A stretch of DNA of 64,000 bases from Amoebidium appalachense (GCA_963693365.1 CAVNZM010000011.1:7087921-7151920), one strand, 5' to 3'; positions 12,510 through 26,783 are shown, counted from the stretch's first letter. The notes: a model not told the origin generated them from the sequence alone. Program-made: numbers and translations.

Positions 12510-12738
12510 ACACGCCCCCCTCCCCCCCCCCCCCCCTCCCCCTCTAGGGCCTTTAAATCTCTTAGGCTCCACATTTAATGAGGTGGCACACTGTGAGTAG
12601 AGGTTTGTAGTATGTGGGTTTTGGGGACAATTCTTGCCCTGTCGAGCAAAAACTAGGAAGCTCCAGATATGTGTGTATGTGTTTTTGCTGGGTAGAGATT
12701 GGGGTGGGCTGGGGTGGAGCTTTCTTTTGGCGGGGAAT

Positions 12739-12791
<53 letters not shown>

Positions 12792-15482
12792 AGCTTCTGC
12801 CAAGCAGAATGGGAGTAGGGGCCAGTGATTGCAAGGGATGCAGGGGGGGGGGGGGGGGGGGGGGGGAGAGACACCACCGTCGGGGTTGAAGGTAGAGAGG
12901 GCAAGAGGCCCGGGGTGGGGTGGGGGGGGGGGGGGGGGGGACAGTAGGTGCCATATGGAGGGCTGTCCCATGGTTTGGGGGGAGGGGGAGTGGGGAAGGA
13001 TCGTGGGCACATGGGTTTGGGGGGGAAGGCAGAGAGGGGGAAAGGATTGTGATCACAAGGGTTTAGGGGGAGGAAGGGGGAAGGATTGTAGGTACATGGG
13101 TTTAGGGGGGGGGGGGGGGAAGATTTTGGGGGAAAGGGAGGCCTGGGGAAAGTATGTGGGCACATGGGTTTGGGGGGAAGGAGGGGGAAGGGTTTTGGGG
13201 GAGAGGGAGGGGAAAGTATGTGGGCACATGGGTTTGGGGGGAGGGAGGGGGAAAGGATTGTGTGGGCACTGAAGTCTCGTGAAGGGCCATGTGGTAAGGG
13301 AAGCTAGAACATGCATGGCTGCTCGGAGATGCCCTCTCACACAGTGCGGCACCCCAGAGATCCGGGCGCAGGTATTTACACGGGACTGCAGCCACCAGGA
13401 GATTGAGCCCGTGATCCAGCGCATCTCTGCCACCACGGCGGCGCTCAACAGCAAGGGCCCGGCCTTCTTCTACACAGATCGGTGCTGCCAAGACCGGGCG
13501 TTTGTTGAGCGCATGTTTCCAACCCTAGCCCGGCCAAAATGCCCCGTCCGTCTGAACGAGGCTGCGCTGGTAAGCGTGACGGACGGTCTGCCTGGGCTGG
13601 AGCTGCCGGCCAACTACCCTAAGCCGGTGTACACCGACTGCCAGGGGGCGGTGGTGGCTACAGCGGCCATTCGTGCCGACCTGGAGGGGCAGCAGCACCG
13701 CGTGGTGGGGCTGGACTGCGAGTGGGTCTATCGGGTGGGCCAGGCGCGGTCCAAGGTTTGCACGCTGCAGATTGCCACCGCACGGGCCGTGTACATCTTC
13801 CACTTGGCACGCATGGGCCCCAACCACAGCCCGCCCGCGCGGCTGGTGGACGAGCTGATTGCGCTGCTTAGGGACCCCAGCATCATCAAGGTGGGCAAGC
13901 AGATCGGCACGGACTCGGCCCACCTCAACAAGGACTACGGCACCCCTGTGGCCAGCTATCTGGAGCTGGGCCGGTTCTGCTATGCCCGTGCAGCTATCAC
14001 CTCTGCGGCCCGGGGCTTGGCCGACATCACTGCCCAGGTCATAGGCAAGAAGCTGCCCAAGCCGGCACTTGTTCGATGCTCCAACTGGCACGAGCCGCTA
14101 TCAGAGGTGCAGGCCACCTACGCTGCCCTTGATGCATATGCGTCCCTGCAGGTCTACTCGGCCGTGGTCGATAGGCCAAACCTGTCAGGTGTGTATCCCA
14201 CCTGCTTTTTGCCCCAGTGCTTATGTGCTTATGCCAGATATAGAAAGATTGTGGGCCCCCCAGAGGAGAGGGGAGGGGGAGGGAGGGGGGGGGGGGGGGG
14301 GGGGGGTGGCTGACCACATGGGCCAGTGTTCCAGTTGTGTTATGCTGGGTGTCGGGTGGCTATCAAAGGAGGGGGTGATTGGTGGTGGTGGTGGTGGTGG
14401 TGGGGGGGGGGGGGGGGGGGGGGGGGGGGGGCTATAGCACTGTTAACACGTGCAAGTGCCACACAAGCTGGGCACTGGGAGAGGGGGGGGGGGGAGGGAG
14501 AAGGGGGGGGGGGGGGGGGGGGGGGGGGAAGGGGGTTGCTAAGGAATATGCATTTGATTTTTGTGGAGCGAAGAGAAAAACGTTGGTGCTGTGGCTTTTT
14601 GGCTGAGTTTTTTGCTTCCCTCTATGACATGCAGCGCGGCTTCATGCAAAGGCACTCGGTGAAGGGGTTGAGATTGTGCCCCGGCGGGGCCCACATGCTG
14701 CAGCAGCCACCGGGGTGGTGCTGGCTGTGCAGCCGGAGCGCTGGGGGGGCATGAAGGTGGGCAAGAAGCATGCAGTGGTGCGGGTGGATCAGGTGCTGTC
14801 GCCGGCCATGCAGGTGCCCTTTGGCCCCGACAAGGGCAAGACCCTGGGAGAGCTGGGCCCGCCGCCCTTTGAGCTGATGGTGCACCTGCAGTGGCTACGG
14901 CCCATTCAGCCCCCACCGGACCCAGGTGCCGAGGTGCCGGTGGTCCCTGACCCAGCCCCTCCCCCTGCCAGTCCTCCCCCTGCCGAGCAGCAGCAACCCC
15001 TTGCCGGCCCACAGGCACCCCCCCAGGACCCCCAGGCAGCCCCGGGGGGCCTTGAGGCAGCCCCAGGGGGACCCGAGGCAGCTCCCAGAGAGGGCATGTT
15101 GGGCCAGGCACCGCCTGGGGAGGTGGTGTGGCAGACTGTGCTGAATGACGCCTTCCACTCCATTGCAAACACGGCGGACGGCACGTACAAGTCACACCCC
15201 CGCAGGGCTGAGTACGCACGCTCACTCAGCGAGGCAATATTTGTGTGGAATGAAGAGGATTACGGACATGTGAAGGTGCCCCCCCCTCCCCCCCCCCCCC
15301 CCCCAAAATAAAAAATAAAAAATAAAAATAAAAAAAACGGCAACAACAACATGCGTGACTGACGCGCACACACACATACACTCGTTAGCACACACTCACC
15401 ATTCCACCCACAACCATGCACACCTTCGACAAAACTTCTGAGGGAAGAGAGAGAGCCTGAGCCTCAGAGAGAGGGGGGGCAA

Positions 15483-15536
<54 letters not shown>

Positions 15537-16077
15537 GGGGGGGGGAGGAGAGTGGGGGTTATTCATATGCCTAGAGAGAAATAATGTAGGGTTGTGGGGG
15601 GAAATAGCCACATGCATTTTTTACTTGTGTTGGGGGAGAAGATGGGGGGGGTGGAGGGGAGGGGTCCTACAATAACGGCAGGTATCAAAGTCTACCAAAC
15701 CCAAATTGCAGTGTGCGTAGTAAATTAATATTGGCATCCTGCCTCACAGGGGGTGCTGGAGCAGAAGGGCATCGACATTGAAACCGAGCTCAAGGGCGGC
15801 GACCTGAGCTACTTCATGGAGCGCATCCGGCGGGTTATTCCCGACCCATACACGCTGGTCTCGCGGCTGGTGGAGTTCAAAAACACCTACAAGGATGTGC
15901 CGCCCGGACCGGATGGCAAGCCTCTGTTCAAGAAGGATGGCTTTGAAAGACTCGAGGCAACATCCCCCCCCCCCCCCCCCTCCCCCTGCAGGCGCCCAAC
16001 AACTCCACCACCACAGAAAAGATTCTTCGCTTATTTGTCATCCTTGGTTCATCTGCACACACACGCACACCCTAGCC

Positions 16078-16115
<38 letters not shown>

Positions 16116-16119
16116 ACAT

Positions 16120-16189
<70 letters not shown>

Positions 16190-16261
16190 CCCGCACGGCC
16201 CTTGCTGCCTAGCCAGTTGTTTTTTGCCTTTCCCTGCTCGTTTTTTTCCTTAGCAACCCCA

Positions 16262-16338
<77 letters not shown>

Positions 16339-17987
16339 CCACCACCACCACCCACCCATCTCTCTGATGTTTGCTTGTGCCCCCACAGTCGCTGCTCGAA
16401 CACGCCCAAAATGGCTGTCTGTCGGACCCCCCCGGCCTGCCCCTCTACTACGAGACCACTGCCGACGCAGATGGGCTCATGCGCTACCGCTGCATCCGGG
16501 GCACCAACGAGGTGGAGGGGGCAGTGCACAACCCCCTGGCCACCCACTTTGGGGCCACACGCATGTCGCTGCGCCTGCTGGACGCCACCATGTCCAATAG
16601 GCGCCACCGCCACAACCTGCGTGCACACTACCGCAACCGCCTGGGCCAGGCATCGGGGCCCCCCCACTACAGCCCCTGGATTGTTGACGACATGGAGGCA
16701 CTGGCGCTGATGCTGTACGGCCATCACCTCGACCCCCAGTGGGTACCCGTAGGCTGCTACAAGCTACCGGAGGAGTACTTCAACTTTGCCCCGCTCTCCT
16801 GTGTGGCCAATGCCCCGGCGCAGGAGCCAGTTGCGGTGCCCGCACCCCCACCTCCGTCTGATAACATCGAGCCTGCAGCCAATGGCGTGATGGGCGGGCC
16901 AGAGGACTGTGAGGTCGAGGAGGGTGACGGTGCTGCCATGGGGGGGGGCAACCAGGTGGCGCGTGGTGCACCACAGCCGGACCCTGCACTGAGGGGCGAC
17001 TACAAGTTCCTGGCGCAGAAGCAACATGTGGCCATCCCCTTCCTTCCGGTGCTTACCCCTCAGGAGCGCAAGCTATTCAGCACGCTGCTCCTGGGCACCT
17101 ACAAGGCACATGCAAAGCCCAACGGCCAGCTGTTCGAGGCTTTGGCCCAAGACTTCAACAAGGCTGCCTCTGTGGCTGGGGGAATCTACATGAAGGATGC
17201 GGCCTACATCAAGAAGCATTTCGACAAGTGGAAGACCTGGCAGACGGCACATGCACAGCGCTCCACACACGAGGGCCTGGCAGATCACCGCAAGCGTATG
17301 CGCGAGGAGAGGGCAGACGCTGTGCCAGCAACCATACGGCCTGCCCCCTTGCCACCCCTCCCTGTTCCAGACGGTGTCGATGCAGGGGCGCAGCGTGAGC
17401 GGCCCTTGCCCATGCTAGTGGGCAAAAAGCATCGCAACATTGGCCCTGAGGGGCCCCTGCAGATGGATTTGCCGGTGCCCCCTCCTATGCAGCCACCCCA
17501 GAGAGCCCCCAAGACCTGCAAGACGTGTGGCCGCCAGGGCAAGGGCTGCCCCGGCTCCAATCGGGCCAAGAGCTGCCCACGTTGGGTTGCAGCCAATCAG
17601 GATGCCATGCCACCAGCACCCGCGCTTGACATGCAGCAGGGCCATGTGCCGCACATGCCCCCTGCACCCCATCCAGGCCCGCACCACCCACATGGCTGGC
17701 CCCCACCGTGGGGCATCATGCCGCCTCAGCCCGGCCCTGCCTTCCCCATGCCTGGGCTACTGCCGCAGCACGGTCCCCATCCTTACTTGGGCCATGTGGG
17801 CCAGCCCTCGGCTGGTGGGCAGTTCCCACCCCCTTCTCGTGCATCTGCTGTGCTGGGCCTGGCGTTGCCACCTGCTGGAGAGACGCAGCTGCAATGGCAC
17901 GATCGAAAGCAAAGTAATCGTGGCCGCAAGTCTGCAGGCAGCCAATCAGGATCTCAGAGTAGTCAGAGTAGCCAAACTAGTGTCTAA
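10097..17987 (+). mobile_element. Spliced DDE transposase (Mutator/ISL3-like motifs, DUF6729-like N-terminus) with an internal DEDDy 3'-5' exonuclease domain
   Basis: Exons ~10097-11244, 12206-12394, 13358-14188, 14635-15275, 15750-15956 and 16389-17987 join in phase. Putative catalytic motifs: LKADHTF (D1), FYTDRCC (D2), LNDAFH (DxxH) and YRCIRGTNEVEG (E). Exonuclease motifs: VVGLDCEW, KVGKQIGTD and NW..PLSEVQATYAALDA. Zn-binding motifs: YFCDTC and CKTC..CPG..CP. One extra A in the A7 run at 10175-10181. Element ends were not found. Confidence 0.8.
12965..13270 (+). repeat. G-rich minisatellite (~45-60 bp units, ~6 copies) in transposase intron 2
   Basis: Recurrent GTGGGCACATGGGTTTGGGGGG...GGAAAGGATT units. 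Confidence 0.75.
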
Positions 17988-18073
17988 TATTGGAATGTAC
18001 ACCAATGTAACGGATCTCATATGTGTTGTAGTGCTTCAAGTTATACCTGTTCTTCGTACAGTCATGTTAGGGG

Positions 18074-18104
<31 letters not shown>

Positions 18105-18430
18105 CTAGCTTTCATTCCGAAGTTTACTGTAAAGAATTAAAATTTAGAATCTGAGTAATAGTACAGAGCCTTTGCACTTTTCTCTGTTTGTTAGGAATTC
18201 TTTGTGATCGAGAGTATGGTGTGTTAGACTATTGGTGTTAATGTGTCCTGGAAGGTGTATAATGTCTGCTGGCCGTAGTCAGTATCTATTTTTAGGTATA
18301 TAGTATATTTTTAAATGTTGGCCGCTGGCCAATAAATAGCAAATAATAAACACACGATAAAGTCAACAGCGTGCCAAAAAACTAATCCCCAGCGAGCGCA
18401 CCCAGTGATGTGTGTGTGTGTGTGTGTGTC

Positions 18431-18498
<68 letters not shown>

Positions 18499-19389
18499 CG
18501 CGTGCGTGCGTGTGTGTGTGTGTGTGCGTGCGTGCGTGCGTGTGTGCGTGTGTGCGTGTGTGCGTGTGTGCGTGTGTGTGTGTGAGTGTGTGTGTGTGTG
18601 TGTGTATGTGTGGTGTGGTGTGTGCGCGGCTTGTACATATGTACGTGTTCATGTGCACCTGTGTCGGACCTACGAAGTACATGAAAGTAAATTTTGACAG
18701 CATCGATCTGCCGGTGTGTATGTGTATGTGTGCCAGTGCAGCAGGTGTGCCTTGTAACTGATAGCTTCGCATTTTACGTGTGTGTATATATAGTAGTACG
18801 CATAGACACTTGCTGATCATTCGGATCGACATTAATATTTAATCTGTCGGTCCTCGGTTTTTTGAGTGAATGATGATCAAGTGTAAGAGCATTCACTTGG
18901 CAAGTATTAATGTTGCAGAGGCTAGCTGCAGCTGCAAGCGTCGGATGCACACTGACAATTGTCTTTTCAGCGAGTCTAACCTGCAGGCAGCAGCTGCACA
19001 CATATAGGGTTGTTATCTTGCGGCACATGCACGGTGATCATTTCAGAGTAATAGAGTTCAGAGCAATGAAAATAATGAAAATAACTAAACTTTGTGACTA
19101 CTTTAAAGTTGCTGAGATCATACGTGGTGCAAGCTGCACTATGAACACATGTATAGTGCTAGTAATTAATACATTTTTGTTGCCTTCTGCAGGGTTATCG
19201 TAGCTACGTCACGGCCTGCACTCAGGGGGGGGGGAGGGGGGGGGAGAGGGGGATGATTCGAAGGGGGTATAAATAAGAACATGCACCTAAAGGTCTTTCC
19301 CGTGGATCCTCCCCCCTCCCCCCCCCCCACCTCTCCCTCCCCCGGGGCCCCATACTATGATATCTAGGCCCAATATTATATGCCCCCTT

Positions 19390-19420
<31 letters not shown>

Positions 19421-19834
19421 CTCTCCGGATCCCCGGACCCCACTTCCCTACCCGGAGGCTCAAGAGCTCCCCCCTCTCCCCCTCTCCCCCCCCCCCCCCC
19501 CCCCCCCCCCCAAGGCTTACGGGGGCCCTTCTTCATCGAGGGGGAGGGGGTGGGGGTGGGGGGGGGGGGGGGGGAGGGGGTGGGGGGGAGGGAAGTGGAA
19601 GGCGGGGGTGGATGCATGTCAGCCTAGGTGAATTCAATTGTTTAACTCCAGTGTGCAGGACTGGTCTGAAGGCTTAAGAAAACAACGAGGAAATGGGGTC
19701 CAGTGGAGGTGGTGGTGGTGTTCTGTGTGTGTGTGTACACGTGCACGTATGTGTGTGGTTTTTTTAAGGGGTGAGTGGTGGTGGTGGTGGTGGTGGTGGT
19801 CACCGTGGTGGTGGTGTGTGTGTCTGGTGTGTGT

Positions 19835-19865
<31 letters not shown>

Positions 19866-21023
19866 GGGGGGGGGGGATAGAAAGAAAAACTGCTCGTGGG
19901 TCACTGTTTTTCGTCACTGTATTTGTAACGGGCCGCTCATATTTATATAACTACTTTAATTTAAGTACACGTGTTCATTATCATATACGATGGCCAAATA
20001 TAGAAATTTTGGCGTCGAAGTTCTTGGAGCTAAAAAAACGTTTAAAAGGGGGAAATAATAGCTTGGCCCCAAATTTACCTTGCCGTTTTTAGCGAATGTA
20101 TTTTTTATTCATGAGTTCTAGTGATTCAGTGAGTGCACGTGCCTGCCTCAGGCTGATCATGACAACTGCAACACACCATTCCTACATGGATATCAACCAA
20201 AAGAAAATAGTATATACTGTGGTGGTCTCCTAAACCTTGTGCGGCATGCGCATACATGATATTACAGTGACGCATGTGCATATTATTGTTCTGTACACCG
20301 GAGTGTGCCGGTGCACGTGGCTGTTTTGTGCACATGTTACAATAGCAGCACGATCTCCCTAAACTCCATGTTTACACATCCCTCACCCTGGCTCTGCCTT
20401 GTCGGTGCTCCAAAACACACATACAAATCCCCCTAGACTCAGTGCCTGCACATGGTCGCATTCACGTGCAGGTCACGTGACACATGCGATGCCATACTGC
20501 CGTCTACAGCAACAACCACGGCAGCATGTATACCGGCCCAGCACGAAATATACTTATCGGCAGCCCACTGAACTCGCCCATTTTCTCTTTTTCATGTATG
20601 TCCCTCCTTTTTTGTAAAATCACCCTTTTTGGCCTCCCGGTAGTGGATTTTGCAGGATTTGACTTCTTTGAGGTCCAAAAACCTCAAATTTTCCCCGGCG
20701 GGGCCGGGGAGGGAGAATTCAAAAATTGCCCGCTCCTGATATGGTACCCGGGCCCAAAACAGGCATCTCTACCACAATTGATTTATACAAGCACCCGGAT
20801 ACTCAACCCTTTTAGAGAGTATGTTTGCTCCAAACTTGCAGGTCGTGAGAAACGGTCGAATCTACGCACACAACCCCAGCCCACCCACGTGATGTTAACC
20901 TTACTCGGGGATTCTTAATTTTGAAACGGGCAGGGGGTAGTATATTAGCTAGTAGGGGGGGGGGGGGACCCACCCACGTGCACCCCCTTGGACAGGTGGG
21001 TTCCCTCCCCCCTCCAACTAGCA

Positions 21024-21067
<44 letters not shown>

Positions 21068-21776
21068 CCACAGCCCACTTGCAATTGAGTAGCTGTAGGT
21101 CCACCTCCCCGCCCCCCCCGCCCCCCCCTTTTGGGTGGGGGGAGCCACCCACCCGTCCGTGAGGCTGCCATCCTATGAATATCAGATGATGATAATCTGA
21201 TCGTATAGTAGAACGTTTTAGCAGCAGTTTACATACATTTCCAAAACGTAAACTTTGCAATAATTGAGACTAGCTCATATAAGTCGTACTCTTGATCACC
21301 TGATACTCATGATCAGGATAGCTATATCTCGTAAGGTCATACTCTCACCCTCCCCCCTCCCCCTCCCCCCTCTCCCTCCCCCCCCCTCCCCCCCCCCCCC
21401 CTCCCCCTGGGCGGCGCCCTCCCCCCCCCCCCCCCTCTCGCACTCGATCGTCACCAGTCGCCCCACCGCATGCGCACACGCACACGTGACTTTCACACGT
21501 ATTGAACTCACAAGTACCGGCTGCACCCATATGTACCACACGCACACCAGGTGCACAAACTTTGACCAGCGATGAGCACCCGACATAAACATGCAGAAAC
21601 ACAAACCCACACTACTTCGGCGTACACACACAGACATTCCCCGCCACTGACACAGATACGCATCATACACTGCATGGTTAGCACTATAATAACCTTGCCC
21701 CCATTAATTCATAAGCCAGTCACATGAGTGTGTGTGTTTGTGTGTGTGTGCTCGCGCGCGCGCGCGCGTGTGTGTG

Positions 21777-21860
<84 letters not shown>

Positions 21861-21994
21861 GGGCGTGTGTGCGTGCGTGTGCATGTGCACGTGCATTTTA
21901 CCACCTTGTCTAAAATACAAGCTACGCCGGCGTCATGCGAACTCCCGAGGTTTTGGTGCTTGGAGAACCAATAGTTGAGAGGGACTAATAGTTG

Positions 21995-22188
21995 TGTAAA
22001 GAAGGGCGAGACTTGTACTACAGGATCTGACCGTTGTTCCCTACACAGGGGAATGACGTCTTTATTCAGGCGTCGTCGGATATCATTCTGATGAGCGTGA
22101 GCCACACACAGGCTCACGCGCCCTCAGACCGGGTCATCCTGATCCGGTTCGAGCCAGATCGGCCCGGCAGTCGCCGGTCCTCATTACA
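21995..22188 (-). mobile_element. 3' LTR (194 bp) of a Gypsy/Ty3 retrotransposon remnant
   Basis: TGTAA...TTACA termini. AATAAA on the minus strand at ~22061-22066. Immediately preceded on the minus strand by a purine tract GGGGGAA (22189-22195). Confidence 0.8.
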
Positions 22189-22376
22189 TTCCCCCGTATA
22201 GAAAAAGCGACCGTCCTCGGTCGTCCAGTCGCCGTTCCGACTGAATATGAATTAAAAGAGTGAGTTGGTCAAACTCGGTAAGGGAAAACCTCCAGAAAAA
22301 CCCTTACGGTAGCGATTTGCCGCGATAGCCAATATCGGGGAGGTGCGGAGAGGGGAGGGGAATCGACCCGGATCTT

Positions 22377-23355
22377 TTAGTCCAGGTCCATTGGACGCGG
22401 GAACTGCTTTGGTGTGCTGGCCAGTCGGGATTGGGCCAGTGTGTAGATTGCGATCTGGTCTAACCCAATGGGGGTGGACCAGTGATCATGGTCATCGGGC
22501 CATGATTGGAGGGAACCATCCGCCATTTCGACCTCAAAGATCGGGGGCTGTTCCCGGATGATCGCGATAGACACCGGGGGTTGAATCGAATTTAACGTGG
22601 GTGCCGGAAGCGGAACATCAATGGGACGCACACTGGGGTCCAAATACCGCTTCATGCGGTCATGATGTACCGGATATTTGTACGGTTTGTTGTTCAAATA
22701 CGCAAGAATGTAGGTATCTGGGTTGTGGGGGGATTACTGTATGACCCTGAAAGGGCCAGTCCACTGGTGTGATAATTTCGCAGTACGTTTCAATTTTGTG
22801 GACGGATTATGAACCCACACAACATTACCAGGATAAAATTTCAGGTGTTTCACCTTTTTATCATGGTGTAGTTTTTGGATAAGTTGCGCGTTGACAGTAG
22901 CACGAGCAGCTGCTTCACGTGCTTCGCGCAGTTGGGTAGTCAAGCGTGTAATATATTCTTCCTCCGTGTTGGAGGGATCAGCAGGCCGGTTTAGATTAGC
23001 GTCCAGTGGGAGACGTGGGTCGTAACCACGTGTGAGATAGAAAGGTGTATCTCCCGTGCTGGTTTGTACGGCCGTGTTTATCCCAAAGGTCGTAGTTGGG
23101 AGATAGATATCCCAATCAGACTGATGGGAGGGAAGTGTACATACGCAAGATGGAATAGATAGTCTTATTTTGGCGCTCCACCAAGCCATTGGATTGGTGG
23201 TGGTACGGTGACGACATCAGCCGTTCCAAGCCAAGTAAGCGGCATGCGTCAGTGATGAGCTTACTCATGTGTTGTTTAGCGCTATCGCATATGATGCGTG
23301 TCGGTAGTCGGTACGCTGTACTGACATATTACGTGCTCTAATAATAGGGAGTTCA
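22377..23355 (-). pseudogene. Degenerate Gypsy integrase (core and GPY/F region)
   Basis: Minus-strand translation gives SSPYHHQSNGLVERQNK, DWDIYLP...INTAVQTSTGDTPFYLTRG, KLSHQWTGPFRVI and VHHDRMKRY, with stops and frameshifts. No RT, gag or 5' LTR in the window. Confidence 0.9.
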
Positions 23356-23691
23356 GGTTACGGGATTCCTAAATCTATCTATATAGCAAACCCCATAGCT
23401 TGGAACATCAACATATAAGTATTTTATTTTCTATATTTATATGTGCGAGCTAGTGCAGGTGTGTGCGTGTGTGCGAGCGCATGTGCGTGCGTGTGCTACG
23501 AAGGTAGCCCTACGTAACCATGTCGGAATGTGCAAATCGATCATGAACTCCAGTCCTCACGCGTCACTGACTGGCTGAGGCCGTTGAAGTTACTTGAAGG
23601 AGCTCTACACCGTGTAGATCAAGTTGGATGGAACCAAACTTTTTGAACGCAATAATTTGGATTGGCTGCAGTGATTTAACGCATTTTGTAG

Positions 23692-25316
23692 GTGATAATT
23701 GTTATTTGGTATTATGATTATGCACTGGAGTTCATAAACACAACCACGCCACTCTCGCGGCCACCAATTGAGGTGCCTGCGCCTGCCACCTGCAACGTGG
23801 AAGAAAACGAGACACTCACACTGACTGACCTGCCTCTTGACACGTTAATGCACGTCGTTTCCTTTCTACCCAACGAAGCCCGTCTCAACCTATCGTTAGT
23901 ATGCCGTAACCTTTTTCTCGCCTCACGTTCATGTTCTGCTAGGCCCCTCAACCTATACGTGTGTGTTGGTTGAGCTGCCCCACCGAGCGCAGTTGACTGA
24001 AATGTTTTGCACCAGAAAAAACCCTTGACCATTCTTGCAACAGCGACCACACCCACGGGGGTTATTTGGCGGAGGCTTTTCGAGACAACATTCCCTCGGA
24101 GAAAGTCTTTTCTGGACTTCGCCCATATGTCTCTGCCGTCACACTGGTTTTCTCTTTTGAGGACTATTCAACCCCAGAGTCATTCACACACGTGGATGAC
24201 TCAAACCATCCACATCTCAAAGGTGCACGTGCGCAGGCTATGTTGCTGCTATCCAATGTACAATCGTTTTTTGAAAAGTTTGAGCACATGAAGAAAGCCT
24301 CAGTTAACCCTAAGAACTGATCTTTGAGGCAGGTGACATTGTGGATGACCACTTCTTTCGCATTCTTCTTTCACAGTTCCCGCAAGCAATTCCAGCCAGC
24401 GTGCCTTCCGTTTGTTTTAAAGTGGCGCAGGACTACTGTTCTACAGACCCCATGCACGCGTTTTTGGCACCCCGCTCTGCTCTGCGCTCGCTCAGAATTT
24501 CTGGCTGTGCGGGCATGTTCGTGGAAACCCTCAGGCTTATGCCCAAGGCGTTCACGGTACAAGCAACACAGCTTACAGAGCTAGCCATCGCCCCAACCTT
24601 TCGTCTTCTCGACACAGACACGCTCGCCCAGCTGGTCAACCTTCGCCGCCTGGTGGTGGGTGTAGACAGAGATGCGCTATGCTTGACGGGCCTGTGTGCT
24701 ACCACCAAACTCGAAGTGTTGCATGTGTTCGCAGACCAGGCGGGCGACGGTGGTGTTACGGAAATCTCGCTGGCTCCGCTTGCCAGCTGTTCCTTCATTC
24801 GAGAGCTTCAGATTTCGACCGTGTTTTTTTCATCGCACCGAAACGTAATTTTGCGGAATGATAACCCAGCAGAGGCACTAGGGCGTATCAAGTGCCTTAC
24901 CGTACACGGTGTTACAGTTCAAGACCTAGCTCTCCTCTCACAGTGAGCCTCAGCTACTTCGCTAGAGTTCTATTGTCGATGCCTGACACCCTACTATGTG
25001 CCGGTCCTACGAAGCCCACAGTTAAGGAAGTTCACATGTATAAAACTGGGACCCGAGGCGTGCTGTTTTGCGCCAGACTTCTTACAGGGCAGCACGGCAC
25101 TAAAGTGCATCAATCTTACATCTGTTCACGTGAATGGGGCTGGCGGTATTGCGGCAGCAGGCACAGAGCAAGCACCATGGGCACCACGTCTGCGGTATGT
25201 GTTTACTTCATGTCTTTGTATGGGCACCTTTCGAACAGAGATTTGAAACGGCACCAAAGATGATTATTGTTTTGTGGGGGCAAAAGGTTGTGTGGCGTGT
25301 GGTGGTGGCGGTGGGG

Positions 25317-25352
<36 letters not shown>

Positions 25353-26121
25353 GGGGGGGAAGACGGGAAAATTTGCTACTTGCCCTGGTAATGTTTTCTT
25401 GGAGAGAGCCCTGCGAAAGAGTAGCCTTCTGAACGACAAATGGCTCTTTATCATCACGAATATGCAAGCGAAACTCTAAGGACAGAAACCAAACGAAGGA
25501 AAACAATGCTATTGAACATCAGATAACTATATTTGACAGCTTCACGACCCTCACGCTGTTGTTTGGTGCAGGGAGATGGATCTTACACGGTGTAAGGTTG
25601 GCAACATCGAGGCCGTTAGCCACTGCTCTGCCCTCACTTCTTTCACCCTGGAAAAAAAGTGTTTTGGGAGGGACTTCGCCGTGGACCTCTCGCCCCTCAC
25701 CACTTGCACCAGCATCCATGAGTTGGAGATAAGTCAACACGAATGCCCTCAGCTTGAGTTCTACATGTGGCCACATCTGGCCAATTTGTCGCTAGAAACA
25801 AGTTCCAGTGGTGACCCCGCTAGCGTGCCACCCACGTTTATCTCGAGTGTACCACGGGGACGCAGTCTTGGAATGTGATTGTCGGCTGTATCCACTGGTG
25901 CTTTGCCCATAATCTCCAACATGGGAGCGAGTACAGACTCGTGTCGGGAAAGGACATGCTTCCTCGGTGGGTGGAGCAGGTAATATACGCGTGCTGAGAC
26001 CCCCCTCCCCCCCCCCCCCCCCCCCCCCCCCCACCACCACCACCTGCCCACCCGCCCATCCCCTCGCGTATCCCCCTCTCCCACCCTTACACGCACCCAA
26101 CCGCTTGCACTCCTCCCTTCC

Positions 26122-26152
<31 letters not shown>

Positions 26153-26783
26153 TTCTCGCCCGCCCTCCCGCCACTCTTCCCACCCCTCATGACCTCTCTC
26201 CCTCTCTCCCTCCCCCCCCCCCCCCCCCCCCCCCGGTCCCCCACACACGCACACACACACACATCCGTGTGTCTCTCTCGCGCTCCCTCTCCTCCCCCTT
26301 CCCCCACCCCCCCCACACACACACATACGTGTCTGGGTCTGTGACAAGGTTGTGTGTGTGCAGGCAAGCAGTGAAGTATCCTGACCGTGCTAGTTGATAT
26401 CGGAAGAGAGAAAGGAGGGGGGAGGGAGGTGAGCAGAAGGAGGTGGACCAGGCAGACGCGAACTGGTAGTTGTGACTGTGTGACTGTGTATGTGTGTGTG
26501 GGGGGGGAGGGGGAGGGGGGGGGTTGGGGGGGGGGCTGCAGAGATGAAGGTGGATGAGGTTGGTGATGGATGCTTGTGTGCGAGCGTGTGTGGATGGGTG
26601 GGAGAGTGGGAGCGCGGGGGGGGGGGGGAGGGGGGGGGGGGGGGGGGGGGATGGGTAATCATAATATAACAGCAAAGAAAGAGGCAGTTGTTCTGCTTAC
26701 CAGGTCTGTTGTATGCTGTAAATATAACTATTTTTTATGACTATGGTTTAGTGAGGGTATCCATGAAAGTAATAGGCCTAACA

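Noticed and set aside
18920-18950. GCTGCAGCTGCA..GTCGGATGCA shared with ~51560-51582
   Set aside because: Too short to define an element.
9783-21409. CAGGGGG (9783, 19223) and CCCCCTG (21403-21409) as transposon TIRs
   Set aside because: The match is short and low-complexity, and there is no target-site duplication. The ends of the transposase element remain undefined.
23692-25880. UGA recoding (Sec/Trp) in the F-box/LRR gene, since its internal stops are TGA
   Set aside because: Frameshifts are also required, and the intact JmjC gene terminates with TGA. Pseudogene decay is the simpler explanation.
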